Assembly: GCA_009103225.1 (NCBI GenBank)
Contig: RHPI01002069.1
Span: forward strand, 1,134,962-1,198,961
DNA length: 64,000 nt
From: Chlorokybus atmophyticus
Taxonomy: Eukaryota; Plantae; Mesostigma and Chlorokybus algae
Reading direction: 5' to 3'
Part shown: one piece after another, positions 10,995 through 24,875 of the stretch
Numbering within the stretch: the stretch's first letter is position 1
Layout: each line of letters starts with the position of its first letter
The notes under the pieces: model-generated
Seen by the model: the letters and a program-made list of their open reading frames with translations, nothing else
What the model was told of the DNA's origin: nothing
The model's database searches: none
Translations under genes and position numbers: made by a program

Positions 10995-11631
10995 CAGCCT
11001 GGGGCATTTTTTGTATTTTATTGTACATAAAGTACTTATTTTGCCTTTTTTGCTGGCTTGATGAGGGCTTTTATGAGCTTTATTAAGCCCATGTGGCGCC
11101 TGCCCCTGCTGCCGCGCGCGACTCGCCTGCGACCTGCTCGACAGCAGCTAATTCGGCGACGTGACCCACCTGCCACGCGGTTGTGACACAGCCGCTGACT
11201 GGACACGCGCTGTGCAGTGCCAGGTGACGCGGACTGCACAGTCACACAGCCGCCAAAGGCCCAACGCGCGTGGCGGGGAGCCTGCACTTGGACCTGCCTT
11301 TAGATTTGGTAGTGAATAATGCAATGCCTGTTAATTAGGCTATTTCTTCCTAGTGCTTGTATAAATAGAAAAACCCTGTGTAATGCAACCAACTTTGTTT
11401 TCTGCTCTCTGCTGTGAGTATGCTGGTGCATGCTTGAGGGAGTTGTGGTCCAAGGCACACTGCTGCGTTCTTGCTTGGCGTGAGAAGTAGTAGTGTTCGT
11501 GTGCGTGGGCGCGACCGACGCGTGCGTGCGTGCGCGAGTGAAGGCAAGGTTCCGGTGTGAAGATTGTGCTCAGCTGCACACATGTGTTGTATGACTTGTG
11601 TGCTGTGTATGTGAGCACGAGCATCGTTACA
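10990..11631 (+). repeat. LTR 3
   Basis: 642 bp, TG...CA. Followed by non-element sequence (CTCCT...), with no PBS. Confidence 0.95.
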
Positions 11632-11684
11632 CTCCTCACCCACCCCAACCACTGGGATGCTCATGCGCCTCCAACCAACACCCC

Positions 11685-11944
11685 CGTCCAAGTACACTGT
11701 CACAGGTGGCACCTGCCTGTAATTATCGCCGCAAACATGAGGCCTACCGGATCTATGAGCCATAGCCATAATCATCCCCACTGCCGCCCCACCAACACAA
11801 CCTACGCCATACTATACTTCCGTCCATGTACACTGTCACAGGTGGCACCTGTCTGTAACTATCGCCGCAAACATGAGGCCTACCGGATCTATGAGCCATA
11901 GCCATAATCACCCCCACTGCCGCCCCACCACCACAACCTACGCC
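11685..11944. repeat. Two ~124-bp direct repeats (11685-11808 and 11821-11944)
   Basis: Both start CGTCCA(A/T)GTACACTGTCACAGGTGGCACCTG and end CCTACGCC, with only a few substitutions. Confidence 0.9.
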
Positions 11945-13124
11945 GCCGCCACGGAATGCCCTTCACGGGGCGGCATGAGTTATTAGCTACCAGAACAACT
12001 CGGTCATAATAGCTTTCAAATTCTGTCAGGGGCGCCAAGGTTAAAACCTTAAAATACTGCCGCTAACCTCGTCAACCCCGCCAACACCACAGCCTAGACT
12101 ACCGTAGTACTGTGACAGTACTATTACCAAAACTTAATCCGCAAGAATCTAATTGTGGGGACGTGGGACCGCTTAACAGTCTTGTCTGATCAGGGAGGCG
12201 ACATGGAAGGCTGCGGCGGCAGCGAGGACACTGTGGTTGTGGTTGTGGTGGTACCAATTGCAAGCTCAAAAAACATCCGCCGACTTCACATTATGCATGC
12301 GGAATTTGTCGGCAATTTTAGTATGCATCTGCGTACTTTGGGTCAAAGTGGTTCAACACAAATTTGGGTCGCTATTATCGAGAAAAATACATGTCATAAC
12401 AATTTCAAACCATATATCATGACATTATTACACCCCAAAACATGCACTCGAAATAGTCATAGCATGTACAGTGTGACAACATATGCGTCACATATGTATA
12501 TTGTGGATAAAATTGCGAATCATACGTTTCCAACATATCACTTTTACAAACTCATATGTGGCGTATGACTTGCATGTGACATGAATGTACATAACCTCAC
12601 TAGACTACAAACGCAAACAATTTACACATCATGCACAATGTCTAAATGTGTTAGTCTACATTCATGTTCATACATAACAAAATATGTGCACCTCACTTGC
12701 TGACCACACGTTGTGACACTTTATACATGTTGTCATATATACAGTATTTAAGACATAACGGATTGATTTCATAATAATGTTATTGCAAAATTGATTGCAC
12801 TGATTATGACCGTAATTGTGCATTGTCAGATATCAAGGCCACCTGGGCGTTCCAAGACCGAGAAGTTGTCATGCCTGATTATGGTTGCTGCATCAATAAT
12901 CAGGCATGACACTCTGTCATCACCTGCTGGTGAGCAGTACTGCTGCGGCTCACAGGCTGTGAGTCACAGCACTCGCGAATTGTAGTCTACAATGATCCGT
13001 AAGCTTAGCATGCAACGCTAGTGCAGAGAGGCGAGTTGGTATTCTTACAGCAGGGGAACTTGCGACTAGACTTGATTGTAGCCTGCCAAAGTCTGCGTGA
13101 CCGTGGGCGGCGGCAGGAGCAGCA

Positions 13125-16100
13125 ATGGGAGCGGAGCAGAGCGCTCCTCAGGCTGGCAGGCTGCCTGCTTCTGCCGCTGGTGCTCCTGCATCGTCTGGAG
13201 CGTCGTCGTCGCCGCAGCCGGTGGTGTGGGGCGCGAAGCAAGCTGAGACTGCTGCTGAGGTGCGATCATCTCAACATGTTGGGCAAAGCTCAATCTGCGC
13301 TGTGTTATTGTGGCTTGTGCTACACACAAGCACATCCCAGCTTGCGACTTACAAGCTTCCAGACTGCATTTCTGATGTGTCGGAGTGAAATGTTGCACCG
13401 CTGCACGCTGCACGCTGCATGCTCCTGATAAAGACTGTGCATTTGTCTTTGCATGCAGTCGGTTCCGCTGTATTGCATTGTACATGACTGTAAACTGGTC
13501 AAGCTGCCCTTCAGGACAATAGCCATTGTATCGCATGCAAGCTGGTCATACATAGCTGCCCTGCTTGCGTGTCTGGTAGTAAGTTGTAGTGGATGCAAGC
13601 TGTTCGTACAGTATGTGGTGTTGCTCCAGAAACCGTGACCATGGAAGGCATTCTGATGTGCTATGTCACTACAGGATGCGCAGACAAAAGTGACGCAGGA
13701 TCAGGAAAGGTAGAAATGCACTTGCGCTATATAGATCGGTTCAGTTCAGCTTGGCATCAATGAATGCAATAGATGATACGCAATGTCATGCACTGAACAC
13801 TCTAAGCTGCTGCCGCTGCGATATTGTCAACCACGCCGGTTGCGCAGTAGCAATATTGCCCCAGCCAACCAGTCGGCGGCCAGCGAGTCATCGGAGCGCA
13901 TCGTTCAGCTTGCAGCTGGAGAGCTGCACACTCTTGCCCTCACAGGCAAGGCTGCCTCAGGACTAAATGCAGTTCACTCATGTTGTACACACAGCAGCAT
14001 GTTCAGATTGTAAGTTTGCACTAACATCAACGTTGCCTGCTTGTGCTGTCTGTCAGCCAAAGGCAAGGTCCTAGCTTGGGGCAAAGGAGGCTTTGGCAGG
14101 CTGGGATTGGGCGACAACAAAGACCGTGCGGTCCCGGCTGAGGTCAGGTTCAGTGGTTCTGAGCCGTGCATTATAGCAGTCGCAGCCGGCAGCTGCCACA
14201 GCCTTGCACTTGCAGGTACCAACCATGAAGATGATGTGGAGCAGACGAGCTCATTTGCTAGTTGAATCTCAAGCGCTGTGTTGTTGACACTGACTGATTT
14301 TGCACTGTCTGCAGCGGATGGACACATCTGGAGCTGGGGTGACGGTTCATGTATCCTCACGCAAAACACATGTAGTGTAAGGTAGCAACTTGCTACATGA
14401 CAGAGAAGGTTGCAGTTGCTAAATTGTTTGCAGCCCTTGACTCCTGGAAGATGGCCAGCTCGGATGCAGCCAGCACGAGGCCACCACCCCACAGCGTGTG
14501 GTCTGCAAGTCCAGGCTTGAGGACGGGGGCTCCGAGCAGGACGTGTTCTTTGCGCACATTGCCGCCGGCGGGCTCATGTCCGGGGCCATCGATAAGGCCG
14601 GGAACCTGTGGACATGGGGCAAGAGCATTGTGCCAAACAGGCCTGACCAGGATGAGGTGGACAGCGGCAGCGCGCCCACGCAGTCATCTGCATTCAGTCA
14701 AATGCGAGTCCTTCAGGTGTCGTGCGTGCATGCGTGCGTGCATGCAGAACGTGTTACCAACGCGTGGGTTGTGACATGGCTGCGCACATGTCTTCCAGGT
14801 GGCTTTTGGGAGCGAACACATGCTGGTTATTACGAACGACTTGAAGACTGGCAGTAGACCAAAACTGTTTGGATGGGGCCTGAACAGATATGGTCAACTT
14901 GGCGTGGGAGACTTGGACGACCGCCCAGCGCCAAGCGAGGTGAACGTGTTTCATGGAGCTGGGAAGGACTTCACCGCAGATGAGGTGCTGCTAGATGTTG
15001 TACATCACTCTAGCCTTTGTACGGGAACCACCAATGTTCGTGTGTATGGCAACACCATATCCTAACAATGCAGGTGGGAGTGCCCATTGCAGTGGCTTGT
15101 GGTACACACCACAGCATTGTGGTTACAAGGCTCGACACGGGAAGGAAAGCGCTCTTTGCGTTCGGTCTCGGCGAGAATGGCCAGCTAGGCACGGGTGTAA
15201 CTGCCAACGCCCGCGTGCCGACGCTTGTCAGGCTGCCGGATGTGGCAGCCGTTGCGTGCGGGTCGTTCCACACCTGCGCCGTAGACGAACGCGGCACACC
15301 CTTCGTATGGGGCATGGATGGCGGGCGAGGCCTAACCGCACGAGGGGGCATCAGCGATGCAATGGAACCTGTAACATTGCCGTTACCGAGTGCAGGTCTT
15401 TATGCCATGCATGCTACTAATAAGTCAACTGTACGCCTTTCAATGTGTACAGGATTCACAGTACATACACGCACTGTCAATCAACTCTTGGTAAGTCTGA
15501 TATACTTTTCAGGTGGTATGGTGGGTTGTGGAAGTGCGCACACGATGGTTGCAAGCGCGGATGGGCAGGAGTTGTGGGCTTGGGGCCGGGGACTGCACGG
15601 AGTCCTGGGCACGGGTGACACGGCAGACCAGTGGCTACCTGCGCGGGTCGCTTTACCTCACGAGAAGGACTTCGAAGCGCCTGCTGCGGCAGCGCAGAGA
15701 CCAGAAGCAGATGCACAAGCACACACCTCAGAAGCCAGCGCATTGAAACTGGCACCAACTCAAACAGAAGAAACCTCCTCCACACTTCCAGAGGCGTCGT
15801 CTATTGTAGACGTACAGGTCAAGCGCGAACCCGCAGACGGAGTCCCGCAAGGATTGGAAGCTCTTCCTGTGGAGTTGGCAGAGTTGGTGCGAAATGTGGG
15901 TGCTGAGCTGCAACAGCTGCGAGCCGAGAACGGTTAGCTTGACCGCCAATGTGGTTGCACAATGAACATGAGGAGGCTTACCAAGGTGTATGCTAACCTG
16001 GTTCGTTTGGTCATCTGCTGTACTTGTGCTGTTTGCAGCGTCAATTAAGAAGCAGATCGCTGAGCTTGAGGACTCTGTGAGGCAGCATGCTGCGCCAGCA

Positions 16101-16730
16101 GAACCTAGGTATGGCGCATGTGCAGATCATTAAATACCACATTGTTGTGTTGTGTGTGTTGTGTGTGAACAGTTACTGAATACCAAAAAGTAATACGCAG
16201 TAATTGTGCAAGTCTTGTTAGCACGTGTCCTAGCCAGGGTGCTCTGGCATGAGATCACACGGAAGGTTTCTCCCTACACGGCTGCGTACTGGGCTTTGTA
16301 CATGTCATATGCAATGCATGGCACCATGCTGATGACAGCTACTAATACTGATTCCTGCAGCGAAGAAGCAGATTGGGCCAAATACGTCGCAGCGCTGGAT
16401 GCTGCTCACCTGAAGCGCATAGAAGAATTGTATGCACGCAGACACAAAACTCTACAGGTGCGTGTTACATAAAAGCCAGCTGTTGCCCATTCTTCAGCAC
16501 ATTGGCTACGAGCAGCATTTATCAACTCGTTATTTGTGGCAACGCATTGGCGCATCTAGTGTCTTATGAGGTCTCGCATCCAGGCTGAAATGCTCCGGAG
16601 AGAAGTGGCTGCTACATGTCATGCTGTGATTCGGCAGATGGGTTACGGTTCCATCGCATCATCTGCGCCGGCGGCGCAGAGCGACATCTCCCTTGGGGAA
16701 AGCATATATCAAAGGCTGAAAGGTTCATAG
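13125..16730 (+). CDS. RCC1/BLIP-II repeat beta-propeller protein with a C-terminal coiled coil (multi-exon)
   Basis: Spliced repeats AAGELHTLALT, AWGKGGFGRLG, WSWGDGSYGQLG, GWGLNRYGQLG, FGLGENGQLG and WAWGRGLHGVLG. First exon (MGAEQS) and last exon (..RLKGS*) are inferred. Confidence 0.85.
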
Positions 16731-17721
16731 GCTCAGTGCTGAGTTTGAGACACTGTAAGATGTACAGCTGTGGCGACTGGGCTTCTACCTGTTGCAACAA
16801 TTGGCATGCTGCTCCTGTCATGTTAGTAATGCACCAGGAACCACTCGTCCTGGTGAAAAGGCAGGGCTGCTGGTAGACATGTGGTGAAGTGAAGTACTTG
16901 ATCTGACAAGTGTGCCTTTGCAAAGTCAAGCTTGTGTACAGGATGTATATGACGTGCTGTTGTGCACACGCATGCAATGTGCACATCACTCAAGCATTTC
17001 ACTCACACTAGTACACATGACCATTGTTACCACCGTGATAGTAGCCAGAGCATCGACATGCATGACAAAAATGTCACGCAACTGGTCCACATGATTGGTG
17101 CACTCCGAGTCATACTGACCTTTGCTGTGTATAGGTGGTTGTTGTGCGGGAAGCATACATCCTCAAGAATGGAACCATAACACACAACCTGGGCATGAAG
17201 CAAACTTCATAGTAGGTAGCAATGCACGCGCGGGCAAGCCAGCACAAACTGAAGTGCGGGCCAAGGCACAGAGAAGCTCACGCTTGCTGCACTCTCCGCA
17301 GGCAATGCCACTCCGCACTTTGTGTCCACATCACAATCTAGCCCACTAGACCATAAGACACTCAAGCAGCAACAGGGTGGGATACGCAGAAAGCAAGGGC
17401 AAGCACAACCTGCACAGCGTAGGCTGGACATGCAAGATTGTCACAGCCTACGATGCCAACTGCTTGCATACGAATCAAAGTGTGGGCAACAGAACAAAGC
17501 TTACAAAGCACGCAATCATTGTGCACAGCCTCTCCCAACTCAGGTGATGCTACACATATGGCAGGTGTGACTTAAGATGGCTCTTAACATAGCCAACCGC
17601 CTTTCAGCTGATTGCATGCTGCTGGATGAAAAATAAGACAATAACTGCTACTATCAATGTTCTATTCACAGCAATACTAGCCATGACTCTACAAGTACAC
17701 ATGCTAGACTAGTTCCGAACA

Positions 17722-17878
17722 TCACAGTCCCAGGTCTCGCTTCATTTTCTGCAGCAGAGCCTCGACATCATCTTCCTCAGAAGTGCTCTTCTTTGGCGTC
17801 GAGCGCTGTGCATTACCAGAGCTTGCTGAACCAGACCGAGAATCATAACCGTTTCTGCTGCCACTGCTGCTACTACTG

Positions 17879-17909
<31 letters not shown>

Positions 17910-19005
17910 CGCCGCTGCTGCTTTTGGGCCTTGGGCTGCTACTGGTGGAGCTTGCACTCCCGCTGTACGCCCTGCCGTTGAACTCATTAGTATCGTTATC
18001 GTCCTTGATGTCGAGCTCCTTCTCTAAGAACTCCACAAACTCCTCACCCAAGTCCTGCAAGACAGAAAAGACGAAGTTAGCGGGCTCGGGTTCTGTTGGT
18101 CAGATGTGCGCGCAGTAGGGAGAGTGAGCGATACCAAAAGGTCATGTAACAATTGTGCGCCGTAACTCTGGAGCCCTACCGCCAACTCTTCCCACAAGCT
18201 CTTGGTTTTCCCGGCTTTGACTCGGTCTGCCCGGCGCTTCAAATCTGCTTCTATATCCTTAAACAAGTCCCCTGAGCAAGCAAGGTGCACGTTAGATCAT
18301 ACATAAGACACAGAGCAACACTGACCATAGGAAAGTAGACATAATTGAAATCTCACCAAATCCGTAAAACTCTTCCTCTTCCTTCTTTTTACTGCTGGTC
18401 TCTCGACCCCACATGTTGTCCCATGCATTACCCAAGTCAAAGTCCCCAAACCCGCCTGACCCAGTGCGTGTTCGCTCCCAGTCATACCGCTGCCTTGACT
18501 TGGGATCCGATAGCGTCTGGTAGGCCATCTTGATGTCAAGAAACCGCTCTTGTGCATCAGCCTGCGTATTGGTTACAAAAAAACATGAAACTCCTGCTGA
18601 AACAACACCCTGCCCAGGAATGCAAGCACACATAGACTGATCAGACCTGACAGCATTCCGCACAAGTAAATGCGCACATTTACTTGTGAACAGCTGCATG
18701 GCTGACTGCAAGTCGAACAACATACACAGGGGACCTACCGCTTTATTGACATCCGGATGGTACTTCAAAGCAAGCTTCCGGTACGCCTGCTTAATTTCTT
18801 TGTCCGTTGCTCCTGTCTGCAACCCCAGCAGGGTGTAGTAGTCCTGCTTGCCCCCTCCGCTGCTGCTCGCGCGGCATTGCTGCACAAACCCTCGCCGCCT
18901 GCTGCGCTGTTTCCTCCTTTCAACAACAGGAGAAAGAGCAAACCTCCTGTGCTGACTGAAACTGGCCGCGCAGCTTGACTTCTGCTGCAAATCCCTACAG
19001 CACAA
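17722..19005 (-). CDS. Plastid-type DnaJ (J-domain) protein
   Basis: Transit-like N-terminus; DYYTLLG...[13 protein letters not shown]-domain; plant-type [20 protein letters not shown] motif; poly-Ser tract from a trinucleotide repeat. Confidence 0.9.
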
Positions 19006-20605
19006 ACCAGGTTACAGCAGCGTGGAAGGATTTCACCCAACTGGGTTTGCGTGCATGCGTGCGTGAAACGATTCGTCTCTACTGCCACTCCTCAATCTTT
19101 ACGTTGTCTTCAATCGGAACCAGCGCTCAAGCTAACTCCGAATAAAGAACGCAAGGACGATGCACGGTACAGTTGCATGCATGCAAGCGCCAGCGAGTCA
19201 AGCAGATCAAATGAAAAGACTAGGGTTACGTAATTAGAAAAGCTGTTTCACGGTTTCAGTCACAGCATGTGAGCAATGTTTGTGTCTGTGTGCGGGATCG
19301 CCAAAGAAAAGCCGATCGCTAATATTAATTGCACACCTTTGCAAACGGGGAGCTGCTCGGCTGCAGCGGTAGGCACCGGAGGACGCCGCGACGTTACCCG
19401 AGCTCAAACCGCAACTCTGGCAAACATGCCAGCTAGCATCCATCCAATCCAGACAGCCAGATCAGGCCGCACCAGCGCTAAATTAAACCCGGACCTTGAC
19501 TGCCAGCGTGCAGGCAGCCAAGCTCCTTACAACAAGCTAAATCTAAGTCCAGGAGAGAAGCGGCGAAGCAACGGCTACAGTCCAGGCAGCCAGCAGCAGT
19601 CCAGCTGCCAAGCACCGCTGCACAGCTGAGACACTGACCCGAAAACAAGCTTGAGCCTGCCCTCACAGACGTTCAACACAACAGGTTAGGCACACGCAGA
19701 ACCTCTCCACCCGCCGCGGCAAGAACCACAACGACCGCTAGCGCCCACACTGCTGCTGTTGCCACCGCCGCCGCCCGCCAGCACACCTTCCGTGAGTTGC
19801 ACGGTTGATATCTTGCGGCCGTGGCGATCTCCGCCATTGTTTTCGGACATCCACGAGGGTGTTCCCACAACAAAATCAAATCTCGATCGGGGCCAGAGTC
19901 CTGCCGACTGTTGGGGCTGGGCTTAAGTGATGTGACCAATGCAGGGTCCTTTTTAAACACTCGTTTACGGCTCACTTAGGTTATTGATGCTCGTGAACCA
20001 ACAAACCTAGGCTCTAGGTCCCAATAAGTTCAGAGCCGGAATCAACTTGAAAGTCCTTCTGAAGTTAGGACCTTTGTAGATAAACCAATCTTGGCAAGGC
20101 GTTGGGTCGGCTCCTGCCCCAACAGGTTTTGTCTGCAAGCCTGTGTCCGGCATTCAGACGCCGCTGCCCCGACACAGGCAAATGTATATCGGTCATTGTC
20201 TGATATATTCATGCAAATGGCCGCTGATGTCCCATGTGTACGTACCATCTACTGTGTGTTTCATTCAGCCTCCGGCAGCAGCCACGTCACCCTGCTGCGC
20301 CAAGCGGGATCTCTCCTCATTGGGGGTGACCGCCAACTGGCTGCATATTTCTGCCGTCGTCACCCCGCATAACGTAGCTGTAGTATACGTTAGAAGTAAC
20401 GGTCATAACGTAGCACAATCTGCTTGTGTGCACTGGGCTAACGCACGCACAACGCTCTAAACTATCGCGAGGGTTATGCCAGAGGTTCTAGAATCTTTCT
20501 GCCCAAACCCTAAACGAGCTCAGAAACAAACTGGCTTGTGCTTGAAGTGCAGCAGCTACACATTGTTAGTGCAGGTTGCTGGTGCTGTGAGTCGGCGGCG
20601 TAATC

Positions 20606-22672
20606 ATGGCGGCGGCGGTGGTGGGTTCTGTCTCTGTGGCGAAGGCGGCTGCCTTGTTTGTTGCATCCGGAGCACCTCAGGCTGGGAAGAAGAGCAGGCG
20701 CGCTGCCACACCAGCCGCCGTACTGCAGACTCTGTCCCTGAGGTCGTCCCAGGCCGTGGCTTCCAGGTCTGCCCTCCAGGTAAGGAGCTATTTCGCATGC
20801 AGGTTGCTTTAGGCGCTGAGCACAGCCATTCCATCTTCATGCATGCTTCTGTACGCTGCTCGTGGATGTATGAGCGGCACCCGTGCGCAAGTCGCTGAGC
20901 GCGTGTCCATCAATTGCAACAGTAGACGTTCTTGCATGCCGTACTGTTCATACCAGCATGCGCACTGCATTGAACTGTTGTAGGTGCATGCATGTGTGAG
21001 TGTGTAGAGTCTGCCACCAAATCTCATGCACACGCAGGCCACGTGTTGAATGTTTTATGCCAATACGCAGCGCAAGAGGGTCAGCTGCAAGGGCTTGCAT
21101 TTCTTGTCGCTTATTCGTCTAGAGTAGTCCTTGCACTTTTTAACCGCTCACGAAATCCGGGTCGCAGATGTAATCAGGTCGTAGGTATAGTATGTTGCTC
21201 TGGATACGGATGCCAGTGTTCTGTGCATGCGCTCATCAGTTCTGGCCATCTATTGCGCATGTGTTCCTCTGTGCGACATGCAGACAACCTTTGCCATGCT
21301 TGTTTTACAGATTTTGTGAGCGCGGTTTTGGCCATGCTTCTTGCAAGCAAATAGTGGTATAATGTTTTTCGTTGCGCTGTGGTGATACCCAAACAACAAG
21401 AGCCGTTACCTTTTGTGTGTTTTGTTTGACAATCGCACTGTGTGTTAACAGGCTAGCAGCAAGTGCATTGTACCCAAGGCATCCCGCGGTGTCCTGCATA
21501 TTACCTGCGAAACTGATGTTGCAGCGACGCCTCAAGTGGACCTTGACACCAAGAAGAAGATCTACAGGGATTGCAAGCAGGCGGTGGAGCAGCTCATCAA
21601 GGACAGGAACTGCAACCCTATTATGATTCGCGCAGGCTGGCATGATGCTGGCACGTACAATGTGAACATTGAGGAGTGGCCCCAGAGGGGTGGTACAAAT
21701 GGCAGCTTGCGATTCCCTATTGAGCAAGGCCATGGAGCTAACGCAGGCATGGTTGTGGCTTACAACCTGTTGAAGCCCATCAACGTAAGTGATTGCTACT
21801 TTCAATTGTTTTTCAAAAGTTCCATGCAACACACTTGCTGAATGGTCTTTTGTACATGCAGAAGAAGTTCCCAGAAGTGACTTGGGCTGATCTTTTCCAA
21901 ATGGCTGGCGCTGTGGCTATTGAGGTTGCGGGTGGACCTGCCATCGACATGAAGTATGGGCGGGTTGACACAACTAGCGATGCTGATTGCCCGGAGTCTG
22001 GCAGGTAATGAGAGTGACATTCTGGATTGTCTGCTGTCACAATCTTTCAGCTGCTCATGCAGTTGTTCAAATCTGATTGTACAGGTTGCCCGATGCTGAC
22101 CCAAAGACAACTGGTCGGGGAGAGCCAGCAGAGCATCTGCGTAACGTCTTCTACAGAATGGGCCTCAATGATCAGGATATCGTTGCATTGTCAGGTAACT
22201 ACACCACACGAGTGGTATGTGTTAAGGCATTTCTGAACCAGCACCTGCAGCATGAACGCGCTGGAGCAGCTGCAGGTTGTGATGGCCAGTGTATGTATTT
22301 GCCTGTATCACTCGCATGTGGTCATCTGCAGGTGCGCACACCATGGGTCGCGTGCGCCAGGACCGCAGCGGGTTTGGAGTGAAGGAAACAAAGTACACGA
22401 AGGATGGCCCTGGCATCAAGGGTGGGCAGTCGTGGACCCCGGAGTGGCTGGTCTTTGACAACTCGTACTTTGTGGAAGTGAAGGAGAAGAGGGATGCTGA
22501 CCTGGTTGTGCTGCCAACTGATGCCGCTCTCTTCGAGGATGATGGCTTCAAGCAGTACGCAGAGAAGTACGCAGTTGACCAGGAGGCGTTCTTCAAGGAC
22601 TATGCAGTCTCGCACAAGAAGCTGAGCGAGCTTGGGGCAAAATGGAACCCTGAAGACGGGTTCTCCATCTAG
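20606..22672 (+). CDS. APX: Chloroplast (stromal-type) ascorbate peroxidase
   Basis: [11 protein letters not shown] (distal Arg/Trp/His); SGAHTMG (proximal His); plastid insert [15 protein letters not shown]; transit peptide; no C-terminal thylakoid anchor. Confidence 0.95.
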
Positions 22673-24511
22673 GTTGGGACTTTGTGTACTATATATCACT
22701 TGTCCTTCAATCTGATTGTAGTGCCCGCTGCGCCTAACAGCCCAGCTGGCGGATTGCACTTTTGTACGTAATCTATTAGGCAAGCACATCTGGCTTTGAT
22801 TTGCGGTTAGTTCACTCAGATGCTCTGGGCTTGCATCATCGTCTGAGTTGAGTCACATCCTTGCATATGGTTGTGACTGCGAGTATTGTGGTGCACTAGA
22901 TTACATGCAATGGCTGGCCAGTCGGCTGATTGTAAGGCGATGTCTGCAACTTCAGGCAGCTGCGCTTGGCATGAACACTGCTTGAAGGATCAGTTCAGCA
23001 TGTCTTGCCTGGAATCGAGCAAGGTCGTAGATTAGTTTATGCCGCGGATTTCGTATGTGCCTTGTGAGTATCTATGTGACTAATAATTGCTTCTGCTTAG
23101 ACATATTTCTGCTTGCAATGTCTTAAACATTGCATGACACAATATTTCACATGGTGGTTTGTACAATCGTAGTTAACACAAACTCAGTTGAAGCTTTCCT
23201 CCACCCGAGTTCAAGCGTCAATAATGGTGGTATGATGGGTGCAAAGGTGCATAAGCAATTATGTTGCATGACATACGCTCTGCCACGCGCCGTGCGCATA
23301 CAAAATACATGCTGAATAGTCGTAGACATGTGTATATGCATTATTGCGTGCACATCAGCTATTAATTAGTATCACCTACAATGGTAATCGGCATGCACAT
23401 GTACATGATGAGTGAATATTGCTGAGTGCATTGTTCACCAAGTCGCTCTCATAGCATGTGAACGTGTGGATTGAAAGGTACATATTCATATACTTGATAT
23501 GCAACATGATGGTAAGTCGATTATGCTACCTGCTTGCTCGTACCCACTTGCCCTTGCACATGCACATAGCACATCGGAGCCTTGCTTGGACCCTTGGTGT
23601 ATTTGATTTTGCCCCTGCTGTCTTGTTGTCCTCTAATTGTATGTGTGGGTGTGTGCATGACTGTGCATGACCTACCCAACTTTATACTATATGCGTAGTC
23701 AGGTGACACGGTTGTTGTCACATCTATTGTGATAGGAGTTTATAAGACAATCGTATCATCCTTGACGGCGCGGGGCTGCAGCTGTGCGTGGTCCAGCTTT
23801 TTTGTACTTTTGGTTAAGATCCGGGCCAAACCTCTCTCTCTCTCTTTATATGTGCAACCTTTGCAAGTAAAGCCTTGCTATCCCCCACAGTCCCTGCCCG
23901 CTTGCTCTGCTGGCCACCGGTTCTTGCATTTGAAACCAGCCCCCTTAACCTTAATGATTGTATATATTGCAATGGACTTGCTTGTGCTTGCGTAATGTTA
24001 TGGCTTGTGTATGTGTGCTGCTGCTGATGTGACTGGAACCCCTAAATTACAACATATGCAAAATTGTGGCTGTCGTGACGGTTATATTAGCAAGCTATTT
24101 TGTCTACACATGGCTTCCCATGATAGCTGAACATTCGTACATATAAATCAAGGGGAATATGTGACGTAAGAATAAAATCAAACAATACTGCTTCATCATT
24201 TATATAGCTATAGACTCATTCTATATGTATGTCGTTTTGTTGGAAGCATACCATCGGCCCACAATAATATGACGCCATGCCATGTATGATGAATATTTGG
24301 ACTTGCAGACTATGCGGTTTTTGTTACATGTGACGCGTTACGTGTCAACGTGCTCTATGACACAAATCGCATCCTACCCCGCATCTCAATTCACTGTACT
24401 CATGTACATAAAGGATCTGATTGTTGATAGTAAGTTGCTTTGCTGCAGCCTTTATCTTGCTTGCTGCGCTGGAGTTTGTAGAAATACGGCGGGGGGGGGG
24501 GGGGGGGGGGG

Positions 24512-24576
24512 NNNNNNNNNNNNNNNNNNNNNNNNNNNNNNNNNNNNNNNNNNNNNNNNNNNNNNNNNNNNNNNNN
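24512..24576. other. Assembly gap (others at 42521-42798, 58945-59641, 61429-61506)
   Basis: Runs of N; two of them directly follow poly-G tracts. Confidence 0.99.
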
Positions 24577-24875
24577 TCTGCCGGTTGCGAGGACAGGGGG
24601 GGGAGCGGCAGGCAATCTTGAACTTGTAAGGTAGGCGACGAGGAGTTGACAGAACGCATGTCACAAGTTGCATGCTGACTCACAACGTATGCAACTTCTG
24701 ACTGCATGCCGGCTTGCCAGCCGGCACTGCAACTCGCAGTGTGCGCATTTTCCTAGACCTGCAGCAGTGCTGGCAGACTCCTTGGTGGCGGTGGCGGTGC
24801 CGGTGGCGGCGGTGAATGTGGCGGGGCAATCAAGCCTCGCTCGCAGCTGCATAGTTTCGGCGGTCGGCGGCCGCT

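Larger units (their letters stand above)
1..11631 (+). mobile_element. Tandem pair of Ty3/gypsy chromovirus LTR retrotransposons sharing a central LTR
   Basis: Three near-identical 642-bp TG...CA LTRs at 1, 5515 and 10990. Each internal region has a PBS, gag, and pol in PR-RT-RH-IN-chromodomain order, followed by a PPT. Confidence 0.96.

Noticed and set aside
11632-11636. CTCCT as the target-site duplication
   Set aside because: The left flank is outside the window, so it cannot be tested.
12093-12123. Helitron 3' end (hairpin plus CTAG on the minus strand)
   Set aside because: CTAG is followed by G rather than T, and no matching 5' TC end or Rep/helicase is visible.
19673-19975. Short GC-rich ORFs upstream of DnaJ
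   Set aside because: No domain; they resemble the GC-rich leaders seen in other genes here.
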